From Candidatus Obscuribacterales bacterium (GTDB taxonomy: Bacteria; Cyanobacteriota; Vampirovibrionia; Obscuribacterales; Obscuribacteraceae): a DNA stretch of 64,000 nt. This document shows positions 50,201-57,484 of the stretch, in pieces (positions within the stretch are counted from its first letter, which is position 1; each line of letters starts with the position of its first letter). Under the pieces are notes generated by a model. That model ran no database searches. It was given only the letters and a program-made list of their open reading frames with translations, and was not told where the DNA came from. The DNA lies in the NCBI GenBank assembly GCA_965228855.1, contig CBDDIJ010000002.1, forward strand, positions 1,216,001 through 1,280,000, read 5' to 3'. Position numbers and translations under genes: made by a program.

Positions 50201-51532
50201 CAGGGGAATTCGATCTGATAGCGCTGAACAATAACCCAGCCCCATCAGGCACGAGAAGAAGTTGTCATCCTTCTTCCAGTCATGTTTTTCAAGCACTTTA
50301 TAGACTCTCAAGTAAGTGTTGAGCGCTCCATCGTAGTTGCCTTTGTCGAATTGACTGAGCGCAACTTTGAGGTGCTGTCTTGTCCATGTATATGGAGAGA
50401 AGAACAAGTGGATGTCTTCAGCTACTTTTTGCCTGCGTTGGTTTAACTGTGCAAGTTGTTGCGTCGCTGTTTTCCTGTTCTTTTTTCGATTGCTTTTAGC
50501 AACGATGACCGCTTCGTCGTCAATGAAGTCGAAACGGTTCGGCGCTGATGGAGCGGATGTAAGCGTTAAGGAGGGTTGAACCGGCTCGACAGTCTCTAAG
50601 CGGTTCTCGTTTCTGATTGTCGGAAGTAACTGAAGCATTTCTTCAGGACAATCCAGGATTGGTATCGCCGTCGGTGCTGCCCAGAGCATCCTCATTATAA
50701 GCTGTGCGGAGTCACGGATCACTTCCGAGGAGTGTTCCATCAGGATTTTAAACAGTTGCGAATCTTCAGGTCTCGCCAGGTCTGTGCGTTTAAACAGCAA
50801 ACAATCATCGCCGCCCAGGTGTTTTTCGTAAAGCGTCGGATCGATCGCGATCATCAGCAGTGACTTGCTGATCAGCCAGCAGGAGAAATTGTCCACATCC
50901 GGATCGTAGAAGTATTCGTTGCGATCCGGGTGTTGATAGTTCGGATGTCCAAGCTCCAGGCTTGTGCGTCCAAGCAAAGCAGGAACGAACAACGCGTCGT
51001 AATCTACCAGTCGCAAACCTTCCGGCGTTACGATGATGTTGCCGTGCTGCAAATCGCCGTGTCCGATGCCGGCACACTCCATCTCATCCACCAGCTTGTG
51101 AAAGTCTTCGAGCAATCGTTTCATCGCTGCTGAATCGCTATAGTGAGCGTTGACATATTGGTCTAGTGTTTGACCTTCGACCCATGGCATTTTTAGGCAC
51201 GGATACCAGGCGCCCTTAACTTGTACGCCTTGCTCGACGTAGTGAAAATCGATGGTGCATTCGAGGGTGTCGAAAAGCACGAAGTCACTAATGTGTTTAT
51301 ATCTATCCTTTTGATCGAGCCGACTTGTTAGAAAGCATCTTACTGCCCAGCACTTGTCGTCGTTAACGATTTTGTAGACGCTTGCGAATGCCCCGGTCAT
51401 TGAGCGCGGCAAGCCTAACATGTTGGTTTCAATTCGTCCGTTCTTTAAATCCGGGTCGGCGAAGCAGGCATGTGGATTTTGAACGGCTTCATTGTAATCT
51501 TGAGGTGTTGGCCAGAAGTTAATCGTCGACAT
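47210..51532 (-). CDS. Ser/Thr kinase-like N-terminal domain plus TPR and a long helical region
   Basis: WPTPQDYNEAVQNP, GAFASVY, WAVRCF, HGDLQHGN, LVDYD, GHPNYQHP; a start at 51532 avoids overlap with the upstream gene. Confidence 0.85.
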   Translation of the reverse strand: MSTINFWPTPQDYNEAVQNPHACFADPDLKNGRIETNMLGLPRSMTGAFASVYKIVNDDKCWAVRCFLTSRLDQKDRYKHISDFVLFDTLECTIDFHYVEQGVQVKGAWYPCLKMPWVEGQTLDQYVNAHYSDSAAMKRLLEDFHKLVDEMECAGIGHGDLQHGNIIVTPEGLRLVDYDALFVPALLGRTSLELGHPNYQHPDRNEYFYDPDVDNFSCWLISKSLLMIAIDPTLYEKHLGGDDCLLFKRTDLARPEDSQLFKILMEHSSEVIRDSAQLIMRMLWAAPTAIPILDCPEEMLQLLPTIRNENRLETVEPVQPSLTLTSAPSAPNRFDFIDDEAVIVAKSNRKKNRKTATQQLAQLNQRRQKVAEDIHLFFSPYTWTRQHLKVALSQFDKGNYDGALNTYLRVYKVLEKHDWKKDDNFFSCLMGLGYCSALSDRIPLAGNYFLLASKTANTQTRALRAALCLAAIRYETGDVTGAHKLIKDLWKPGAEFGKAIEAELRNLFLQRTSTFEMLASLGIEMQKAKESRWSDVLVCAKLVLDQSSNRTTIEMTPQHSEAMLGLAGLYLKNSDFGQALALFQEVGRNAITSGIKGVGSQAVFSACCLQTNRMTGSSIKRSERLVYNHADWGSFQQNHLKNLNYLADCIESSVDISSILSSPIVSTTSGVVPKECVREVVIELADLLKKRKRLDAALNCYSVALRLSVDYGIDLERELFDSLSSFSDEQIWNILSETFFSPDKLNAHILLEFLIAQRDARLLTVIAGCLRDEEKLLPLSLVFTTVAIQAPHQFLTLFAKLEAEQNAADETMTPLTVQALLHAADCLDRELTQEIQKNKSGATTEGIIRNLDAINSIREYLEDTGPVAMMMMRDEIAPHLLEWMRKQDVHQLSNFVRTFVEYSSIDDLKTFILNLASSDDFSDLEAVVRSLRTWGMEPETLIALLLPAAEESAEKLVAILDTCILENDGRLSGNLKEAAKHLRALLCIRTIAIETQIGKQFEILLRTSYTPARVPKLALLLLEPELKNDSRLLSEVTLAMLEFDAGTLMLVLRRMAACLPPELIIPIFTKLLASGKSPIVIPLVQELATKPELSETLRLLTIQLVRVLSDDELTALARPIMELDNPDSAAVVLQSLKAFSKTNVIHRLIDNCGLSVLNTSQMFPSKETITSIVRTGDIRSGAALIHIAAMSSDKELVKVLAEFAAAGTTASARTALLTETVALCDRALGTYRDTIENKPGLETNLSTLATLNIAALKRLALFQNGSGVRSAIETLNKQEYVSFARTWLLELAQKNDLERIVQICCDAVQENNMELLESFLLNVAATRNLRPLISVAKSISACGFARHLVPLCKSLLKTDLQDAFGAVALEIVTSDSANRDIILELLKMTNDRNSEAFRILLRQIGFYRGQKELKSIGRIWAETEGNDAVLYHSQALGLIT

Positions 51533-51588
51533 GACCTTACATCCGTGAGAGGCGATTTCCTCGAATTCTTTGTAGCGAACCGATGTCC

Positions 51589-54500
51589 TTAGCTGCGTTG
51601 CTCTTCGTTCGTTCCCCAACCACCACCGCCCGGTGTTTCAATGACAAAGGTGTCACCGGCTTGCATTGCCATGGTCGCCGTGCCGGTCAGGTTCACTATC
51701 GAATTGTCGTGTCTGACAACGTAGTTTTTACCGGTGAGTCCATCGCTACCGCCATTCATTCCAAACGGTTTTACGTTGCGTCTTTCAGATAAGATGGAAG
51801 CTTGCATAGCTTCTACGAATTCAATTTTTCGAATTACTCCATCTCCTCCATTGTACTTGCCCGCGCCACCGCTTCCTTTTCTTATCGAGAATTCTTTTAG
51901 GATCACCGGAAAGCGCCACTCCAGCACCTCCGGGTCCGTCAAGCGTGAATTGGTCATGTGCGTTTGAACCGCCGCGCAACCGTCGTGGTTCGGACCAGCG
52001 CCACTGCCACCGGATATGGTTTCATAATATTGATACCGGGCGTTGCCGAAGGTGAAGTTGTTCATAGTGCCCTGGCTCGCCGCCATCATGTTGAGCGCTC
52101 CGTAAACCGCATCGACAATCGCTTGCGATGTCTCGACATTACCGGCAACGACGGCAGCCGGATATCGAGGGTTGAGCATCGAGCCTTCGGGTACTGAGAT
52201 GTTCAATGGAGCCAGACAACCATCGTTGAGAGGAATGTTTGAATCTACGAGGGTCCGGAAAACGTAGAGAACCGCTGCTATCGTAATTGCGCGGGGCGCA
52301 TTCATGTTGTTCTCGAGTTGCGGCGATGTGCCGTTGAAGTCGATGGACGCTGAGCGAGTAAGTTTGTCCACTTTTATGTTGACACAAATTTTGGCACCAC
52401 TATCCATCGTCACGCTGAAAGAGCCATCCGATAGTTTATCGATTGCTTCGCGCACGCAATCTTCGGCGTTCTTCCTGACAAAATTCATGTAAGCGTAAAC
52501 GGTTTCCAGTCCATAATGTTCGATCAAACTGTTCAAACTCAAAACGCCTCTGTTGTTCGCTGCGATTTGGGCTTTCAAGTCGGAAATATTTTGGTCGACA
52601 TTGCGTGTCGGAAAACGGCAATTCGTGAGAATTTCGCGAATGTTCGTTTCTTCAAAAATGCCGTCGCGGACGAGCAGCATCGGGTCGATTAGCGCGCCCT
52701 CTTCATCAATCGTTTTACTATTGGGTGGCATGGAACCAGCTGTGATACCACCAATATCCGCGTGGTGTCCTCGTGAAGCGGTGAAGAAGAGGGGCGACTT
52801 ACTAGAAGACGTGAAAACGGGCGTGACCACTGTTATGTCTGGCAGGTGCGTGCCCCCGTCGTAAGGATTGTTGAGAACATAAGCGTCTCCCCTTCTCATC
52901 GAGCCGGAAAACTTGTTGATGATTGCGCGCACGCTCTCGCCCATGGAGCCCAGGTGTACCGGCATGTGCGGCGCGTTTGCGATAAGCTTGCCTTCTTGAT
53001 CGAACAGCGCACATGAGAAATCGAGGCGCTCCTTGATGTTGACGGACTGACTGGTGTGGCAGAGTGTGGCGCCCATCTCTTCGGCGATTGCCATGAATTT
53101 GTTATTGAACAATTCGAGCAGGATCGGGTCCGCCGTTTGGGCTGTGCCGTGGTGACGCTCCTCCTTGCCGTTTTTAGCAAAGCTAGATGTCTGTTGTGTC
53201 ATTATCAGGCTGCCATCGGAAGCCATGACCGCGGTCCAGCCAGGCTCGACGATGTTCGTGCTGGTTTCATCGAGAATCAGAGCCGGGCCATCCACAATTT
53301 GATCTTTTTTCAAATCGTCTCTGTAAATAATTGGCGTATCAGCCCACCATTGACCTTTGCTGTAGAGCTTGATTAGACCGTTGTCGAACAAATCCTTTTC
53401 TTTGGGTTGATGCTTGGCTGAAACGTCCTTGAATTTTGTTTGATCGATTGAGTGCCGTGAGGCTGCGGTCGCTTCAAGTGCAATAGATTCCAAAATTAGT
53501 TTTCGGTCCGGGGAATGAAAGCCGAAGCGCTGCAGATGCAGGTCGTGAAACGCACTCGCCATCAGATGTTTTTCATCCAGAGCAACTGCCAGACTCGTAT
53601 CGGAACCGTCGTAGCGAATTAGAACATCGCGTTTGAATTCATGTGTATTACCCCTGGAGCCCTGTGCCTCGAGTTTTGAACTTGCAGAGCTGATGAGCTT
53701 CTCGAATTCGTCTTTTAAGTCTTCCGATGGCAACTCGTCGAGCAATTTCTGAATTGCCTGGTGCTCCACAACTTTTATGCTGGACAGCCCGATGCCCATA
53801 GCTGAGAGTACACCGGCGAGTTTGTGTATCATGACCGTCTCAATACCGAGATTTTCGGCAAGCAAGCATGCGTGTTGTCCGCCCGCTCCCCCAAACGAGT
53901 TTAAAACAGCGTTCTTAACTTCGTATCCGCGTTCGATCGTGATCTGTTTAATCGCTCTCGCCATTTTTTCGACTGCAATCTCAATGAACCCCCAGGCAAT
54001 ATCCTCGGTTCGATTGAAGTCGGAAACCTTGTTCAGTTGCAGTTTCAAGTCAAGAAATTTTTCTGCGACAGCATCGAGGTCGAGCGGTTGGTCGGCATTT
54101 TCTCCGAATACGCTTGGGAAATAGTCGGATTGAATGCGTCCTAGCAGTAAATTTGCATCAGTGATTGTTAGCGGACCACCATTGCGGTAACAGGCTGGAC
54201 CCGGGTCACTTCCGGCTGATTCCGGTCCGACGAGAAAGCGATGACCATCGAAGTTGAGAATGGAGCCTCCGCCTGCTGCAATTGTATGGATAGGCAGCAT
54301 GGGAGCTCGAATCCTGATACCGCCGATGGTGGTAAGGTCTTGTCGATCAAATCGTCCATCGAAATACGAAACGTCGGTGGACGTGCCGCCCATGTCGAAA
54401 CTTACGACTTTTTCAAAACCCAGGTGCCGACTGGTTTCTACCGCGCCAACCAGTCCACCGGCCGGACCCGACAACAAGCTGTCCTTCCCGCGAAAATGGG

Positions 54501-55278
54501 ATTTGTCGGTTAGACCTCCGTTTGACTGCATGAAGTAGATGCTTGTTGATTTCAGCGGTTTGGCAAAACGATCAACGTAGCGGTGAAGAGGGGGTGACAA
54601 GTACGCGTCGGCGACGGTTGTGTCGCCACGCATGATCAGTTTTATCAGCGGGCTGGTTTGATAAGATACTGTCACGTGATCGAAACCAGCGCGCCTGGCT
54701 ATTTCTGCGCAGGCATCCTCGTGTTGGTTGTAGAGATAGCTGTGCATAAACACAATTGCACACGACGTGATACCACTTGCACGAGCGCTCCTTAATTCCT
54801 TTTCGGCGATTGCAGTTTCAAACGCTTCCAACTCCACCCCTGAAGCTGAGAATCGGCCGGGTAACTCAATCACCGACTGATACAGAGGCGACGGAAGTTT
54901 GATGGCTCGTGCAAAAATGTCGGGGCGATTCTGATATGCGATTCGCAGTGCATCCTTGAAACCTTTATTGATGACCAGAACGGTTGGTTCGCCTTTCCGC
55001 TCCAGCAGCGCGTTTGTCGCGACCGTGGTGCCCAGCCGAACTTCTTGAATGAGTTCGATCGGCAAGTCCTGAGTCTGGAAAACTGCTCCATCTTGTCTAA
55101 GCAGGTCACAGATACCTTGAACCGCAGCGTCTTCATAGTGACGCGGGTTAACGGAAAGCAGTTTATGAACTTGGCGAACCCCGTCACTTCTGATGCCGAC
55201 GACATCGGTGAATGTGCCGCCGCGGTCGATGAAAAATTGCCAGGTGTTTTGACTTGGTTGAGCTTGATTTATGGGCAC
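51589..55278 (-). CDS. oplA: ATP-dependent 5-oxoprolinase (fused hydantoinase A/B type)
   Basis: IDRGGTFTD, GTTVATNALLERKG, SGPAGG, DMGGTSTD, NIKERLDFSCA, HMPVHLGSM, GGTHLPD, TPGGGGWG. Confidence 0.93.
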   Translation of the reverse strand: MPINQAQPSQNTWQFFIDRGGTFTDVVGIRSDGVRQVHKLLSVNPRHYEDAAVQGICDLLRQDGAVFQTQDLPIELIQEVRLGTTVATNALLERKGEPTVLVINKGFKDALRIAYQNRPDIFARAIKLPSPLYQSVIELPGRFSASGVELEAFETAIAEKELRSARASGITSCAIVFMHSYLYNQHEDACAEIARRAGFDHVTVSYQTSPLIKLIMRGDTTVADAYLSPPLHRYVDRFAKPLKSTSIYFMQSNGGLTDKSHFRGKDSLLSGPAGGLVGAVETSRHLGFEKVVSFDMGGTSTDVSYFDGRFDRQDLTTIGGIRIRAPMLPIHTIAAGGGSILNFDGHRFLVGPESAGSDPGPACYRNGGPLTITDANLLLGRIQSDYFPSVFGENADQPLDLDAVAEKFLDLKLQLNKVSDFNRTEDIAWGFIEIAVEKMARAIKQITIERGYEVKNAVLNSFGGAGGQHACLLAENLGIETVMIHKLAGVLSAMGIGLSSIKVVEHQAIQKLLDELPSEDLKDEFEKLISSASSKLEAQGSRGNTHEFKRDVLIRYDGSDTSLAVALDEKHLMASAFHDLHLQRFGFHSPDRKLILESIALEATAASRHSIDQTKFKDVSAKHQPKEKDLFDNGLIKLYSKGQWWADTPIIYRDDLKKDQIVDGPALILDETSTNIVEPGWTAVMASDGSLIMTQQTSSFAKNGKEERHHGTAQTADPILLELFNNKFMAIAEEMGATLCHTSQSVNIKERLDFSCALFDQEGKLIANAPHMPVHLGSMGESVRAIINKFSGSMRRGDAYVLNNPYDGGTHLPDITVVTPVFTSSSKSPLFFTASRGHHADIGGITAGSMPPNSKTIDEEGALIDPMLLVRDGIFEETNIREILTNCRFPTRNVDQNISDLKAQIAANNRGVLSLNSLIEHYGLETVYAYMNFVRKNAEDCVREAIDKLSDGSFSVTMDSGAKICVNIKVDKLTRSASIDFNGTSPQLENNMNAPRAITIAAVLYVFRTLVDSNIPLNDGCLAPLNISVPEGSMLNPRYPAAVVAGNVETSQAIVDAVYGALNMMAASQGTMNNFTFGNARYQYYETISGGSGAGPNHDGCAAVQTHMTNSRLTDPEVLEWRFPVILKEFSIRKGSGGAGKYNGGDGVIRKIEFVEAMQASILSERRNVKPFGMNGGSDGLTGKNYVVRHDNSIVNLTGTATMAMQAGDTFVIETPGGGGWGTNEEQRS

Positions 55279-55293
55279 GTGGTTGGCGAATAA

Positions 55294-55521
55294 CTAGCTG
55301 GAGGCTGCAGCCTGTTGGCACATATCGTTGAGCTGGTTGACCACAGTCGAAAACGTGGACGAGACAGCGCCAGCAAACCCACTCGTAGTGGAGGCAAAAG
55401 CCAGAGCTACCAGGCAAGCGACGAAAGCAAGTATAGCGCCATATTCGGTGATTGCTTGCCCATCATCTCCACGACGTCTGCGTTTCCATCTTAAGTTGTT
55501 CTTCAAAAGCCGTCTGAGCAT
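55294..55521 (-). CDS. flp: Flp-family type IVb pilin
   Basis: Basic leader, G|QAITEY prepilin motif, hydrophobic helix; 75 aa. Confidence 0.85.
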   Translation of the reverse strand: MLRRLLKNNLRWKRRRRGDDGQAITEYGAILAFVACLVALAFASTTSGFAGAVSSTFSTVVNQLNDMCQQAAASS

Positions 55522-55742
55522 ACGCGTTTCTCAATGCACATCGCTGTGCGCGGGATAAAAATGGTAATTGAACAGGGATTCCGTCAACAAACAAATTGTC
55601 GACACCTCTCGGCGTCAGGACAAAATTTCAAATTGGAGCGATTCGGCATTGAACGTGGTTATTCTATCGTATCAAAACATGGCGATTTGCGTGAGGGATC
55701 AAAGCTGGAAAGCGTGGCGGAATTAGTTTTCCGGTTATTTAA

Positions 55743-55781
55743 AACAACAAGCGCTCTGAGTAAACAGAGCGCTTTGTTGTT
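55743..55781. terminator. Rho-independent terminator-like hairpin
   Basis: AACAACAA-GCGCTCTG-loop-CAGAGCGC-TTTGTTGTT downstream of the radical SAM gene. Confidence 0.7.
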
Positions 55782-55859
55782 GCAGCAGCACCGGCCGGGA
55801 ACCGGTTTCTCGTAATGCTTTAACGATCCATGCATGGCGAACACTGGATTCTTGAGAAC

Positions 55860-56750
55860 CTAAACATTGGTTAACAGAAGCCGCAGTTGCTGGTTTTCAT
55901 CCGCGCTATTCCCTCCTTGTCCTGATGTGGTTTGCGTCTGGTGTAGTCGAGCGGCAACATCGTAATTCGATTTTTTTGCAGCCGATTTGTGTGTGTGTGG
56001 TCGGTTGGTAATTTCGTTAAAAAGCCATTCTTGAACGCGTGCGTAAGATGAGGGATCGAAAAATTGTGCGTGCTTGTCCAGCAAGTCTTTGCGGTTATTG
56101 ATTTCCAGGTTGCGCATCGAATCGATCCAGATCGTGTTCACAACCGGTTTTAACAGCGCGACGAGCCGCTCTGGATTGCACGGAAGGAGTGGTGAAAGCG
56201 ATGCATGAGTCCTGACGCCAGCGTCCTTCAGGCTTCTAAGAACCTGCAATCGACGAGCTATGCTCGGTGCTCCCGGCTCGAAATCTCTTCGAATCTGTTC
56301 GTCGTCGGTCGTAAAGCTGACGCCAACGCTCAACGTATCGCCGAACTGTTTCAAGAGTTCCATGTCTTGAAGGATAAGGTGACTGCGAGTGTGCATCGTC
56401 AATTTCGCAGGTCGGTACTTCAACAACTCCTTCAAGCATTGCCGAGTAAGACGATACTTCAATTCCAGATACTGATAAGGGTCAGTTGCCGAGCTGAAGA
56501 ATATCGAGCTTCCAAAAACTTGAGCACGCTGTTTCCGAATCAAGTCAGGAGCATTGACCTTAACCTCGACCCATTTTCCCCACTGTTTGAAATCATCGTG
56601 CCGCTTGCTCGGGAACTTGGGAACGTAACAATAGCTACAGCGAAAAGCGCAGCCGGCGTAGGGATTTAGTGAATAATCATAGTGGCCTGCTAGCGAGCCG
56701 ACCTTCTGAGGCGTTAGTATTGAGGTTGCTTGGATCTCGGTCACTTCCAT
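55860..56750 (-). CDS. SPL (spore photoproduct lyase)-like radical SAM protein
   Basis: LNPYAGCAFRCSYCY (CxxxCxxC), V.VK.NAP, SSATDPYQ, FEPGAPS..RR; start chosen from promoter geometry. Confidence 0.9.
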   Translation of the reverse strand: MEVTEIQATSILTPQKVGSLAGHYDYSLNPYAGCAFRCSYCYVPKFPSKRHDDFKQWGKWVEVKVNAPDLIRKQRAQVFGSSIFFSSATDPYQYLELKYRLTRQCLKELLKYRPAKLTMHTRSHLILQDMELLKQFGDTLSVGVSFTTDDEQIRRDFEPGAPSIARRLQVLRSLKDAGVRTHASLSPLLPCNPERLVALLKPVVNTIWIDSMRNLEINNRKDLLDKHAQFFDPSSYARVQEWLFNEITNRPHTHKSAAKKSNYDVAARLHQTQTTSGQGGNSADENQQLRLLLTNV

Positions 56751-56757
56751 GAGATTC

Positions 56758-56786
56758 ATTATACATACGTACGTATGTGTGCGCAA
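56758..56786 (-). promoter_or_regulatory. Sigma70 promoter TTGCGC-N17-TATAAT (extended -10) with a 16-bp palindrome in the spacer
   Basis: Perfect palindrome ACATACGTACGTATGT at 56763-56778; ATG 7 nt after the -10. Confidence 0.8.
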
Positions 56787-56814
56787 GTAGTCACAAATTT
56801 CTTTTGGAGCAAGG

Positions 56815-57456
56815 ATGGCAATGGTCACTTCCACCACATCGGACAACACCGAAGCTCGTTCGGATAAAGACGATTCAGTTTCCGCGCGCGAAGCGGAATG
56901 GAAGGAGCTTGTCGAGAGCGGCATGAACGCCTTTGAAAAGGAGCGTTTTACGGTCGCGGAAATCAGTTTTAAATCAGCATTAGAGCTGGCTGAGAAGGTC
57001 GTGGAAGAGTTTCAGGGGGACGGTGCGGACGAACCCAATGTGTCGCCGCAAGCGGCTTCAAAACAGGGATTAGACGAGGCACGCGTGCGACTCAGTAAGA
57101 GTCTGAATAATCTCGCCGCTCTTTATCACGTCCAGGGCAAGTATGGACTGGCCGAAGAGCTCTACGAAAAATGTCTGGACCTGAAGCTCGATATGTACGG
57201 CGAAGAGCACATTGAAGTCGCAATCAACTTGCATAATCTGGGAGTTCTTCACAGCGCCAAGCGCAAGTTTCCAAAAGCAGAACTGCTCTACAAGCGAGCA
57301 ATCGAGATAAGAGAAAAGCTTCTTGGTGAAGACCACAAGGAGCTCATACCCGTTCTCAAAAATTACGCATTGCTGTTGAAGAAAACCAATCGCGCCGAGG
57401 AAAGTGCGGCGGTCGAAGCTCGCGTAGCGGATATGGAAGGAAAACAGTCCGAGTAA
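56815..57456 (+). CDS. TPR protein (kinesin-light-chain-like repeats)
   Basis: SLNNLAALYHVQGKY..AE.LY...L......G.EH..VA..L.NL. Confidence 0.88.
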   Translation: MAMVTSTTSDNTEARSDKDDSVSAREAEWKELVESGMNAFEKERFTVAEISFKSALELAEKVVEEFQGDGADEPNVSPQAASKQGLDEARVRLSKSLNNLAALYHVQGKYGLAEELYEKCLDLKLDMYGEEHIEVAINLHNLGVLHSAKRKFPKAELLYKRAIEIREKLLGEDHKELIPVLKNYALLLKKTNRAEESAAVEARVADMEGKQSE

Positions 57457-57484
57457 CTAATTGATTTAGCGCGCTCTGTTGTGT

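Noticed and set aside
56751..56924. N-terminal extension of the radical SAM ORF given in the track
   Set aside because: It overlaps the divergent TPR gene and a clear promoter; the start at 56750 is more plausible.
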